DNA from: Gemmatimonadales bacterium
GTDB lineage: Bacteria > Gemmatimonadota > Gemmatimonadetes > Gemmatimonadales > GWC2-71-9
DNA: 64,000 bases
Direction of reading: 5' to 3'
NCBI GenBank assembly: GCA_037189525.1
Contig: JBBCJC010000005.1
Span: 416,001-480,000 of the forward strand
Shown here: positions 8,904-17,946 of the stretch, in pieces
How positions within the stretch are numbered: position 1 is the stretch's first letter
Layout of the letters: every line of letters begins with the position of its first letter
Notes under the pieces: generated by a model
What the model saw: only the letters and a program-made list of their open reading frames with translations
The model's database searches: none
Told to the model about the DNA's origin: nothing
Position numbers and translations under genes: made by a program

Positions 8904-10346
8904 ATGTCTGCCCCAACCGCCCAGCGCCCCCGGCTTCGGTTCGCCCCCTCCCCTACCGGATACCTCCATGTCGGCGGCGCGCGCACCGCGCTGTTCAACT
9001 GGCTCTTTGCCCGGAAGACAGGGGGAACCCTGATCCTGCGTGTCGAAGACACGGATCAGGCGCGAAGCACCGAGGCCCACACTCAGGTCATCCTCGACGG
9101 GCTTCGATGGCTCGGAATCGGCTGGGACGAGGGCCCGTACTTCCAGGGCGCGGAAATCGAGCGGCATCGACGGGATGCCGAGCAGATCCTGGCGACCGGA
9201 CAGGGCTATCGGTGCTTTTGCACTCGGGAGGAGCTGGAGGCGCAGCGCGCCGCGGCGCCCGGTGGTCCCGAGACGTTCAAGTATGACCGCCGGTGCCGAT
9301 ACCTGGCCCCGGAGGAGGTCGCGCGACGGGTCGAGGCGGGTATGCCGTTCGTGATCCGTTTCGCCATGCCGGATGAGGAGATTGCCTGGGATGACGCGGT
9401 ACATGGTCGGATCGTCTTTCATGGACGAGACCTGGACGATATGGTCGTGCTCCGGAGTAACCGGACCCCGATCTACAATCTGGCCGTGGTCTCCGACGAC
9501 ATCGCCATGGAGATCACCCACGTGATCCGGGGTGACGACCACATCTCCAATACGCCGAAGCAGATCGCGCTCTACCGCGCCCTGGGGAAAACACCACCGG
9601 TCTTTGCCCACGTCCCCGTAATCCTCGACACCGACGGCAAGAAGCTGTCGAAGCGCCGGGGCGCCGTCGCCGTTGGCGACTATCAGGAAAAGGGGATCTA
9701 TCCGGCCGCGATGCGGAACTTCCTGGCGCTGCTCGGCTGGTCGCCGGGCGACGACCGCGAGCTGATGAGCGATCAGGAGATGGCGGCCGCGTTCACGCTG
9801 GAAGCGATCCAGAAGAAGCCGGCCGTATTCGACCTGACCAAGCTGGAGTGGATGAACGGCCAGTATCTTTCATCCCTTCCGGCCGCGACCTTCGAGCCCG
9901 AGGTCCGGCGGTTCCTGGAGGAGCGCGGCATCGACCCCGGCGCCCGCGACTTGGGCCCGATCATCGATGCTGTAAAAACCCGGGCCCGAACCGTCGTCGA
10001 TATGGCGGGGCGCGTTGCTCTCAGACTGGATCCGAGTCGCGCTGCGCTCGAGTCCCGAGGTGAGGCGCTGATCCAGAAACTCGGGGCCGCCTATCCGTTG
10101 CGCCTCGAGTGGGCCTTCGATGCGCTGAATGCGGTCCCGGACACGGCCTGGCACGCCGATCGCCTGCTTGAAGTCCTGACGGCGGCGGCCACCGAGCATG
10201 GGGTCAAGCTCGGCGATATCATGCAACCAATCCGGGTCGCGCTGACCGGAGACACGGTGTCCGAGCCGGCCAACGAACTGCTGGCCGTGGTGGGCCGGTC
10301 GGCAACCCTCGCTTCGCTTACTCGGGCGCGTCAGGCGCGCTCTTAA
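8904..10346 (+). CDS. gltX: Glutamate--tRNA ligase
   Basis: RFAPSPTGYLHVGG, LRVEDTD, HVIRGDDH, KLSKR. Confidence 0.97.
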   Translation: MSAPTAQRPRLRFAPSPTGYLHVGGARTALFNWLFARKTGGTLILRVEDTDQARSTEAHTQVILDGLRWLGIGWDEGPYFQGAEIERHRRDAEQILATGQGYRCFCTREELEAQRAAAPGGPETFKYDRRCRYLAPEEVARRVEAGMPFVIRFAMPDEEIAWDDAVHGRIVFHGRDLDDMVVLRSNRTPIYNLAVVSDDIAMEITHVIRGDDHISNTPKQIALYRALGKTPPVFAHVPVILDTDGKKLSKRRGAVAVGDYQEKGIYPAAMRNFLALLGWSPGDDRELMSDQEMAAAFTLEAIQKKPAVFDLTKLEWMNGQYLSSLPAATFEPEVRRFLEERGIDPGARDLGPIIDAVKTRARTVVDMAGRVALRLDPSRAALESRGEALIQKLGAAYPLRLEWAFDALNAVPDTAWHADRLLEVLTAAATEHGVKLGDIMQPIRVALTGDTVSEPANELLAVVGRSATLASLTRARQARS

Positions 10347-10366
10347 CGCAGTTGGAGATGAGACAT

Positions 10367-10780
10367 ATGCGGACTCTGCTTCTGGTCGGCTCGATGCTCC
10401 TCGCGGGATGCATCTTCGAAAACGATGATGACCGGCTCAACATCGGCGTCCAGTTTGAAATCGTCGACCCCGACCCGACCGTGGAAGCGCGCGTGATTCG
10501 CGGTCCCGGCGTGATCCAGGTCGATCACCGCTTCCAGACCGCGACGGAGTGCGCCAACTTCACGGCCAGCGCCAAGCAGAATGTCTCGGTCATCGAGGTG
10601 ACCATCGGGATCACGAGCGTGACCAACGAGACCTGTGCGAACGATATGAAGGAGTGGAGTTACAGCGCAGTGATTACCGGATACAAGGGAACCGTGAGTC
10701 GGGTTGGCGTTACCCGCACCGGCGGGCTCAACCCGGGGCGGGTCGAGTACGCCATCCCCGACGAGGTTACCGTGGAGTAG
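10367..10780 (+). CDS. Hypothetical lipoprotein
   Basis: GGAG SD; lipobox LAGC; beta-rich body with a Cys pair. Confidence 0.7.
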   Translation: MRTLLLVGSMLLAGCIFENDDDRLNIGVQFEIVDPDPTVEARVIRGPGVIQVDHRFQTATECANFTASAKQNVSVIEVTIGITSVTNETCANDMKEWSYSAVITGYKGTVSRVGVTRTGGLNPGRVEYAIPDEVTVE

Positions 10781-10830
10781 CCCTCGCTACGCGACCACCG
10801 GCGCCCGCAACCGGCGCCTGTGGTCACCCG

Positions 10831-11268
10831 CTACATCAGGGTCGTCGGCCGAGTCCGCCAGACCCGATCGAGCAGCACCTCGAGAAAGCCCTCGGAAAGA
10901 AACGCATCGGCCGCCCGGCTGGTCGCCGAAGCATCCGCTCCCCACAGCGCCACCCGCCTGGTCTCATCCAGCTCAGCTTGCACGAAGCAGCGATCGTCGT
11001 GCTGCCAGAGCGTCGGTAATTCGCGCACGAACCGCTGCGCCAGGACATTGGCGCCCGGTCCGCCGATCACGATGGTCGGGTGCCGATGGAGTTCGGGCCG
11101 ATCGAGAAACTCGATGTCGCCCACGATGATCGCCCGGCGATAGACCTGACCATCTGCGCGGCTGTCGATCTCGCGGCAGAGCGTCGCGGCCACGGTCCGG
11201 TCGCCCCCGCTATCGGTGGCTTCACCGATCACGATGAGGATCGTCTCCTCCCGGTCCACCAGTTTCAT
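10831..11268 (-). CDS. Hypothetical protein
   Basis: ATGA overlap with the upstream gene; globular sequence with IVIGGPGAN. Confidence 0.7.
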   Translation of the reverse strand: MKLVDREETILIVIGEATDSGGDRTVAATLCREIDSRADGQVYRRAIIVGDIEFLDRPELHRHPTIVIGGPGANVLAQRFVRELPTLWQHDDRCFVQAELDETRRVALWGADASATSRAADAFLSEGFLEVLLDRVWRTRPTTLM

Positions 11269-12227
11269 GGCGTCCGTCCTGACGTATCCGCAGGCGGGAG
11301 CGGCGGGGTCCGCTGATTGCGGGCAAACTCGCGCTGCCGTTCCCGCTCCTGTCGCAACTGCTGGATGGCCCGTTTGAAATCTTCCATCGTCTGCGCCCGC
11401 CGTGCCGCCCGCTGCACGTCCTCGCGCATCTGCTGGAGGGACCGGAAGCGGGTGTAGTCAGACATCTCCGCGCTGGACCCGGATGGCATGGCGCCGAGCG
11501 CGTTCAGAATCCCAGCGACCAGGGTCGTGGGCACCTTGATTGGACCAAGATAGATCCATTGGGCGTCCAGGCCGAGTTGCTGCTGACCGACCTGGGTCGA
11601 CCAGCGGGGCAGCGGCTCGTTGGCCGGTGCCACCGAGAGAACCGAATCGATGTACGCCTGGACGATGGCGGTCACGGCGCTGTCGACCAGCTCCGCATGC
11701 GATCGCACCACCGCGCGGGCCAGATCCTGGGGCGGCAGCGGGAGCGGCCGGACCCACAGGTTGCCATCGCCGGCGGCCGGGGCGATCCGCAGCTGCCCGG
11801 GACGCTGGACCGGCCCGGGAGGCAATCGCGGCCCCTCTCGCTCGGGCGCGGGCGGCGCCGGCTCCGGAGCGGGCAGCGACGGCTCCGTTACCGGGGGAGG
11901 ACCGGTCTCTTCGCGAGGCAGGGCGGAAATGCCGCTCGTCGGAGTCCGCGGTGGCGTCCCACCGGCGGACGGCTCCAGATAGATCATCTGCACCGCGCGC
12001 GGCCCCTCGGTCCCCAGCGGCACCAGGATGATCTGGTCGCGTGACGGCAGGTTGGGCGCCCAATCGGGGATCCGGAACAGGAATAGCGTCACGTGAATTC
12101 CCAGGCTGACCGCGAGGGCCACCCAGGAAATCCGCCGCCGGCGCGGCAGAAACAGCTCACGCCGTGGCGGCGGTGCTCCCGACTCCACGCCCTGCTGCCA
12201 ATCCCAGTCGTGCAATTGCCTCGGCAA
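11265..12227 (-). CDS. Hypothetical single-pass membrane protein with proline-rich linker (TonB-like topology)
   Basis: N-terminal TM containing SLGIH (SxxxH as in TonB/TolA anchors), Pro-rich stretch, helical C-terminus; start uncertain. Confidence 0.6.
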   Translation of the reverse strand: MPRQLHDWDWQQGVESGAPPPRRELFLPRRRRISWVALAVSLGIHVTLFLFRIPDWAPNLPSRDQIILVPLGTEGPRAVQMIYLEPSAGGTPPRTPTSGISALPREETGPPPVTEPSLPAPEPAPPAPEREGPRLPPGPVQRPGQLRIAPAAGDGNLWVRPLPLPPQDLARAVVRSHAELVDSAVTAIVQAYIDSVLSVAPANEPLPRWSTQVGQQQLGLDAQWIYLGPIKVPTTLVAGILNALGAMPSGSSAEMSDYTRFRSLQQMREDVQRAARRAQTMEDFKRAIQQLRQERERQREFARNQRTPPLPPADTSGRTP

Positions 12228-13353
12228 GCCGAGCCGGTCCGACCGTCAACGCAATCCGGAAATAGCCTTCGCCGGCCGGACCGAAGGCCCGACCCGGCAA
12301 GGTGACGACCCCCTGCTCTTCGAGCGCCGCCCGACTCCAGGCGCTCGAGTCGGTCCCTTCCGGAAGCCGAACCCACAGATACATCGCCGCCTGCGGGCGA
12401 TCGACCGCGAAGCCCTGCGCACGAAGCGCCTCGACTCCGGCATCGCGCCGCGCCGCCAGCTCCGCACGGATCGGCTCGACGAATTCTTCGGCCCGGTCGA
12501 GCGCTACCACGCCGGCTCGCTGGACCGCCAAGAACGGCCCCGTGTCGGTGTAACTCTTGACCCGGGTCAGCGCCCCGATCAGCTCGCGATTGCCCACCGC
12601 AAAGCCGATCCGCCACCCCGTCATCGAAAAACTCTTGGAAAGCGAGAAGAACTCGACCGCAATCTCGCGCGCGCCGGGCACATCGAAGATGCTGGGCGCC
12701 CGATAGCCGTCGAAGGTCAAATCGCAGTAGGCGTTGTCGTAGGCCAGGACGATTCCCCGCGACCGGCAGATGGCGACGGTCCGCGCCAGATACTCCATCG
12801 GCGCCACGGCCGCCGTCGGATTGTTCGGATAGTTGAGGTAGACGAGACGGGTCCGGTCCAGAACCTCCGCCGGTACTGCGTCCAGATCGAGCAGGAAGCC
12901 GTTCCCCGCCGTCAGCCCGACCACGAACGGCTCGGCGCCGGTCAGGATGGCCCCGCCGACATAGGCCTGGTATCCCGGCTCCGGCAGGATCACGACATCG
13001 CCGGGGTTGACCAGCGCAAACGGCAGGTGGGCAAGACCTTCCTTCGATCCGATCAGCGGCAGCAGCTCCGCATGCAGATCGAACCGATGCCCGAAGCGCC
13101 GCTCGACGTAGTCGGACGCCGCGCGCCGGTACTCGGCATGCCCCTGCTGAAAGCCGTACTTGCTCATGGCCGGATCGCGGATGGCTTCGATCATCGCCTC
13201 ACGCACCGGCAGCGGTGGCGGTGCGTCGTTGTCGCCGGCGCCCAGATCGATGACATCCACGCCGGCTTCGATCAACCGCCGCTTGATGGCCGGTACTTCG
13301 GCCAGCGGATAGCCCGGCAAGCGCGCCAGCCGGTCGCTCAGGCGAAGGCTCAT
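12157..13353 (-). CDS. dapL: Class I/II PLP aminotransferase, LL-diaminopimelate aminotransferase-like
   Basis: LIGSKEGLAH, NYPNNPT, YDNAY, SLSKSFSMTGWRIG, GEGYFRIAL. Confidence 0.75.
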   Translation of the reverse strand: MSLRLSDRLARLPGYPLAEVPAIKRRLIEAGVDVIDLGAGDNDAPPPLPVREAMIEAIRDPAMSKYGFQQGHAEYRRAASDYVERRFGHRFDLHAELLPLIGSKEGLAHLPFALVNPGDVVILPEPGYQAYVGGAILTGAEPFVVGLTAGNGFLLDLDAVPAEVLDRTRLVYLNYPNNPTAAVAPMEYLARTVAICRSRGIVLAYDNAYCDLTFDGYRAPSIFDVPGAREIAVEFFSLSKSFSMTGWRIGFAVGNRELIGALTRVKSYTDTGPFLAVQRAGVVALDRAEEFVEPIRAELAARRDAGVEALRAQGFAVDRPQAAMYLWVRLPEGTDSSAWSRAALEEQGVVTLPGRAFGPAGEGYFRIALTVGPARLAEAIARLGLAAGRGVGSTAATA

Positions 13354-13964
13354 TCGGCCACCACCGGGTTCCGGAGCAAGCCGACGCCCGGAATCTCGAC
13401 CTCCACGACGTCGCCGGGCGACAACGGCCCGACGCCCGCGGGCGTGCCGGTCGACACGATATCGCCCGGCTCCAGCGTCATGATGTGGCTGATCAGCGAG
13501 AGGACGAAGGGCACTCCGAAGTGCATCCCGCCGGTGTGCCCCTGCTGCCTGACCTGGCCGTTGACTCGGCAGATGATGTCGAGATTGCGCCAATCGACGT
13601 CGGCCACCACCTCACTGCTGATCGGGCAGAAGGTATCGTGCCCCTTGGCCCGCACCCACTGCGATTCCCGCTTCTGCCAGTCCCGTGAGGTCACGTCGTT
13701 GAGACACACGTAGCCCCGAACCCCCTGCATGGCCTCCGCCTCGGAGGCGCGCCGGAGCCGGGATCCGATCACCACGGCCAGCTCGGCCTCGTGCTCGACG
13801 TGCGTTGCAATCTTGGGAAGGACGATGGCCTCACCCGGCCCGATCAGCGAACTGGGCGGTTTGAGGAAGAGGAGCGGCTCGGCCGGAATCTCGCCACCCA
13901 TCTCTTTGGCATGCTCGAAATAGTTCTTGCCGACGCAGACGATCTTGGAGGGTGTGTGGTTCAC
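13350..13964 (-). CDS. Fumarylacetoacetate hydrolase family protein
   Basis: KIVCVGKNYFEH, HEAELAVVIG, NDVTSRD, KGHDTFCP, GDIVSTGTPAGVG. Confidence 0.93.
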   Translation of the reverse strand: MNHTPSKIVCVGKNYFEHAKEMGGEIPAEPLLFLKPPSSLIGPGEAIVLPKIATHVEHEAELAVVIGSRLRRASEAEAMQGVRGYVCLNDVTSRDWQKRESQWVRAKGHDTFCPISSEVVADVDWRNLDIICRVNGQVRQQGHTGGMHFGVPFVLSLISHIMTLEPGDIVSTGTPAGVGPLSPGDVVEVEIPGVGLLRNPVVAE

Positions 13965-14078
13965 TCGCGCGCTCAGGGAGGGTGAAAAGTCGGGGCAGAA
14001 CCGGGGAAACCGGAGTGCCAGGCCCATCTTAAGGATAATGCGTGCCGGGCCCGGATGGTCGCGATCCTCCCCCCTCGA

Positions 14079-16592
14079 TCAGACCTCCGCCCCGATGCCG
14101 TGACGCGCAAAAAAGTCCTCTGCGGCGGTCCGGACCTGGGCCCAGGGACCGTCGACCCGGGGGGCGGCCGGCAGGCCGCTTAGGATCCAGGGCCCGTACC
14201 GGCGGGTCAGCACGCGGCTGTCGAGCAGCACGACTACCCCGGCATCCGAGCGCGATCGGATCAGCCGCCCGAACCCCTGCTTGAGCTTGAGGGCCGCGTG
14301 CGGCAACAGGTACTGGAAGAACCCGTCGACCCCCTGCTCCGCCAGACGCTCCAGCCGAGCCGCAGTCAGCGGCTCGGAGGGAACTTTGAACGGCAGCTTG
14401 GCAAGCACGAGCGTCCTGAGCGCTCGCCCGGGCACGTCGACCCCTTCCCAGAACGAGTCGGTTCCGAGAAGGATTGCATTGCCCGCCTCGCGGAACCTGC
14501 GCAGCAGCGCATCCCGCGAGCCCTGTCCCTGCACCAGCAGCGGCCAGCGGGGATCGAGCTGTGATCGCAACCGTTCCGCCGCGCGGCGGAGCGCGCCATG
14601 ACTGGTAAACAGCGCGAACATCCCGCCGTCCGAGGCGTAGGCCAGGTCCTCGATGATCTTGGTGACCGCCGCGTCGTGCGCCGCCTCGTCTTCGCGAGGA
14701 TCGGGCAAATCGGTGGGAATCCCGAACAGACACTGCGACGGATAGTCGAACGGCGAGGGCAGCATTTCCCGAACCGTGACCGGCGACGGACTGGCCGCGA
14801 GCCCGAGGCGGGACTCGAGAAAGTCGAATTCGCCGCCGGCCGCGAGCGTGGCGCTGGTGAGCACGACGGTTTTGTTCCGGTCGAAAACCAGCTCCCGGAG
14901 AATGGGCGCCAGCTCGAGCGGCACGGCCGCCAGCGACACCGTCTGCCCCTTGAGACCGGACCGCTGCACCCATCGGACGATCGGCGGGCCTCCACCAACG
15001 GGGCGGAGAGTCTGATTGAGAGCATCGCGCGCCGAATCGAGCCGTCGGACCACGCCTTTCACTTCCTGGAGCAGCTGGGTTCTGCGCTCGCTTGCTTCGC
15101 CGAGACTCATCCGGTCGGCCACGGTCTCGACATCGTCGGCCACCCGTTTGAACGCGCCGACCAGCGCGTCGACTTCGCGCCTGAGTCCCTCGTCCCAGAT
15201 CGGGTCCTTGGCAAACTCGTCGGTCAGCCGCGTCGGCGCTCCGCCGTCTGCCATCAACCGAAGCAGCAGGCGCTGAAACATCGCTTCCGCCGCCCCGCGC
15301 GCCTCGGCAATGGCCGGACCGAGCCGCTCGGCGATCATGGCCAGGCTGGCGCGAGCCAGGACATCGCCATCCCGCGAAAGCTCCCGCGCCAGCGTCGGGA
15401 CGAGGCCGCGCCCGTTGCGCTCGAGCCTGCCGAGCAAGCGACGGACACCGGCGCTGGAAATCTGCTTGCCCAGGTGCGTAGCCGACACATCTTCCAGATG
15501 GTGGGCCTCGTCGAGGATCAGCCGCTGGTAGGGCGGCAGCACTGCTGCATCCTCCCAGTTATCCGACGCCTGCCGGACCGCAAGATCCGCAGCGAGCAGG
15601 TGGTGGTTGACGACCACTACATCGGCCTCTGCGGCTTTCCGCCGGGCCCGGAAGAGGAAGCACTTGTCGAACTTGGGACACTTGAGCCGCGGACACAGAT
15701 CCGACTCGGCCGATACCTCGTCCCAGACCTCGCTGGAAGGCGGCGTGGTCAGGTCGCCGATGGTCCCGTCCGCGGTGCGGGTGGCCCATTCCGCAATGCT
15801 GACCAGTTCCGCCACCCGCCCTTCGTCCAGCAGCGACTGCTGCCCGAACGAGGCCATCTCGAGCCGGGCCAGGCAGACGTAGTTGCGCCACCCTTTGAGC
15901 AGGGCAAAGGTCGGCTGCCGTTCCTCGGTGCCCAGTGCATCGCGGAGCAGCGGCAGGTCCTTGCCCACCAATTGTTCCTGCAGATTGATGGTGTTGGTGG
16001 AGATGATGGTCCGCTCGTCGTTCTTGCGAGCCCATTCGAGCGCCGGCAACAGGTACGCAAACGACTTCCCGACGCCGGTGCCCGCCTCGAGCAGCAGGAC
16101 GCCGCCGTCGTTGTAGCCGTCGGCGATGTATGCCGCCATGTCGCGCTGGCTCTGGCGATCCTCGTACTGGCCCATCTGCCTGGCTACCGGACCCTGCTCG
16201 CCCAGTTGCGCCACGATCTCGGGCGGGTCGATCGGCACTTCGACTCGGGCGCGCGGAACCTCCACCACGACGTACAGCGTGGTCGCTCCGTTGTCGATGA
16301 TACCGAACCCGACACCCGCGTCGTGAAACCGGGCAGCGACATTGAGATCGGCAAAGGAAGGTTCCAGCAGCCCGGTGGGATGGTTGTGGAGCACCATCTC
16401 CCCCCGGCGGGCGATCCCCGAAAGGGCCAGGACCATTTCCGGCGTGCCGCGCGCCACCGCGCGGGCATCCGCGATCCGGCCCTCGGTATCGAACGAGGCG
16501 ACGAAACAGACCTCGCGCCCGCCGGCATCGGCGATTTCGCGGGCGAGGTATTCCTGTACCGAAGGGAGCCACCGAGGGGACGAACCGGTCAT
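14079..16592 (-). CDS. dinG: DinG/XPD-family helicase with N-terminal JAB (MPN/RadC-like) domain
   Basis: JAMM motif HNHPTGLLEPSFAD; Walker A EAGTGVGKS; Fe-S Cys pattern; DEAH box; TSATL; QGFGRLIR. Confidence 0.9.
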   Translation of the reverse strand: MTGSSPRWLPSVQEYLAREIADAGGREVCFVASFDTEGRIADARAVARGTPEMVLALSGIARRGEMVLHNHPTGLLEPSFADLNVAARFHDAGVGFGIIDNGATTLYVVVEVPRARVEVPIDPPEIVAQLGEQGPVARQMGQYEDRQSQRDMAAYIADGYNDGGVLLLEAGTGVGKSFAYLLPALEWARKNDERTIISTNTINLQEQLVGKDLPLLRDALGTEERQPTFALLKGWRNYVCLARLEMASFGQQSLLDEGRVAELVSIAEWATRTADGTIGDLTTPPSSEVWDEVSAESDLCPRLKCPKFDKCFLFRARRKAAEADVVVVNHHLLAADLAVRQASDNWEDAAVLPPYQRLILDEAHHLEDVSATHLGKQISSAGVRRLLGRLERNGRGLVPTLARELSRDGDVLARASLAMIAERLGPAIAEARGAAEAMFQRLLLRLMADGGAPTRLTDEFAKDPIWDEGLRREVDALVGAFKRVADDVETVADRMSLGEASERRTQLLQEVKGVVRRLDSARDALNQTLRPVGGGPPIVRWVQRSGLKGQTVSLAAVPLELAPILRELVFDRNKTVVLTSATLAAGGEFDFLESRLGLAASPSPVTVREMLPSPFDYPSQCLFGIPTDLPDPREDEAAHDAAVTKIIEDLAYASDGGMFALFTSHGALRRAAERLRSQLDPRWPLLVQGQGSRDALLRRFREAGNAILLGTDSFWEGVDVPGRALRTLVLAKLPFKVPSEPLTAARLERLAEQGVDGFFQYLLPHAALKLKQGFGRLIRSRSDAGVVVLLDSRVLTRRYGPWILSGLPAAPRVDGPWAQVRTAAEDFFARHGIGAEV

Positions 16593-16656
16593 GCCGGAAA
16601 GATAGCGAGCCGCACCGCGCCACGCGGATCGGAAAAACGCGTGGCGCGGGAGAGCG

Positions 16657-17946
16657 TCAGGTCTTGAGTTCTTTCTTCTTGGCCGCCGGAAAGAGCACGT
16701 TGTTGAGGATCAGGCGGTACCCGGGCGAATGCGGGTGGAGCGACAAGTCGGTCGGCGCGTCGCCGATCTGGTGCTGGGGATCCTCCGGGTCATGTCCGCC
16801 GAAAAAGCACCAGGTGCCCTGCCCCCGCTCCCCTCGAATGTACTTGGCCCAGGACGCCCCCGGCTCGTCGGCCAGGACCGTGACCCCCGGCTTGAGCCGA
16901 TCCTTCTTGAACGAGGTGGTGATGCCATAGAAATCGGGAATCACCTGGCGGTGGTTCTGCACCAGCATGGTAGCCACCGGATCGATCTTGGCGCTGAAGT
17001 TGAAGAGCGTGAACGTCCCGAGCTGCTGCCGCCGATCCGGCGCATTGACCTGATGGCCGTCGATATCGGCAAACACCGCGAGCGACGGGCTCGGCTCCAG
17101 CCGGGCCTCCTGAAACGCCAGCGCGCGATCCCATTTCATCTTGGCGGTCGCGTTGGGATCCATCGGACTGCCATCGGCAAAGCTCGCGGCAATGTCGATC
17201 CCGTCACTGGCCAGCGCCAGGTCGAGCGTTTCGGTTGCCGTGCACATCGCAAACAGAAACCCGCCCTGCTCCACGAACGCGGCAATCGCCTGCGCCACCG
17301 CGCGCTTGGTACTCGGCACATTGGGAAACCCGAGCTTCCGGGCAATCGCCTCGTTCCGCTCAACCATCGCATGGAGCCACGAAGCGCCGGTGTAGTTGAG
17401 GAAGAACTTGGAGTACTGGCCGGTAAAGTCTTCGTGATGCAGATGCAGCCAGTCGTAGGTGGTCAGTTTCCCCCCGGCGACTTCCTCGTCCCAGATCTGG
17501 TCGAACTTGATCCCGGCATACTGGAGCGCCATGGTGACGGCATCATCCCACGGCGCCGCATTGGGCGGCGCATAGACCGCCATCTTGGGCGCCTTCTCCA
17601 GCGGGACCGCGTCCATGTTGGCATCGCGAATCTCGGCGCGGATCTGGGTGACGGTGGCGATGTCCACCGGATGGACGGTGACACCCGAAAGCGCCGCATC
17701 GCGCGTGGTGAGCGTATCGGCCGGCAGGAGGAACGAGCCGTTCCGATAGTTGAGGAACCACTCCGCCTTGAGCTCGCGTTCGAGCACCCGAAACGTCAGG
17801 CCGTACGCCTTGAGATGATTGCTCTGGCCCTCGTCCATCGGCACGAGGAGATAGTCGGCCGCGCCACGTGGGGCCGCAGGCCACCGGCCGAGCGCGACCC
17901 CGCCGGCTCCGACCGCGCCGAGCCGCAGAAAAGTCCGTCGCTTCAT
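16657..17946 (-). CDS. Tat-exported class I glutamine-amidotransferase-like protein (family often mislabelled 'asparagine synthetase B')
   Basis: MKRRTFLR twin-Arg signal; NHLKAYG, PWDDAVTMAL, WLHLHHEDFTGQY, GGFLFAMC, GGHDPED, NNVLFPAA. Confidence 0.8.
   Translation of the reverse strand: MKRRTFLRLGAVGAGGVALGRWPAAPRGAADYLLVPMDEGQSNHLKAYGLTFRVLERELKAEWFLNYRNGSFLLPADTLTTRDAALSGVTVHPVDIATVTQIRAEIRDANMDAVPLEKAPKMAVYAPPNAAPWDDAVTMALQYAGIKFDQIWDEEVAGGKLTTYDWLHLHHEDFTGQYSKFFLNYTGASWLHAMVERNEAIARKLGFPNVPSTKRAVAQAIAAFVEQGGFLFAMCTATETLDLALASDGIDIAASFADGSPMDPNATAKMKWDRALAFQEARLEPSPSLAVFADIDGHQVNAPDRRQQLGTFTLFNFSAKIDPVATMLVQNHRQVIPDFYGITTSFKKDRLKPGVTVLADEPGASWAKYIRGERGQGTWCFFGGHDPEDPQHQIGDAPTDLSLHPHSPGYRLILNNVLFPAAKKKELKT

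Noticed and set aside
14079..16592. DinG as part of a type IV CRISPR or other defence system
   Set aside because: No cas genes or array in the window; the context is housekeeping.
14598..16667. 689-aa plus-strand ORF (likewise 16729-17973, 18249-20138, 41746-43245, 61016-62863)
   Set aside because: Antisense to well-supported genes, with composition typical of shadow ORFs.
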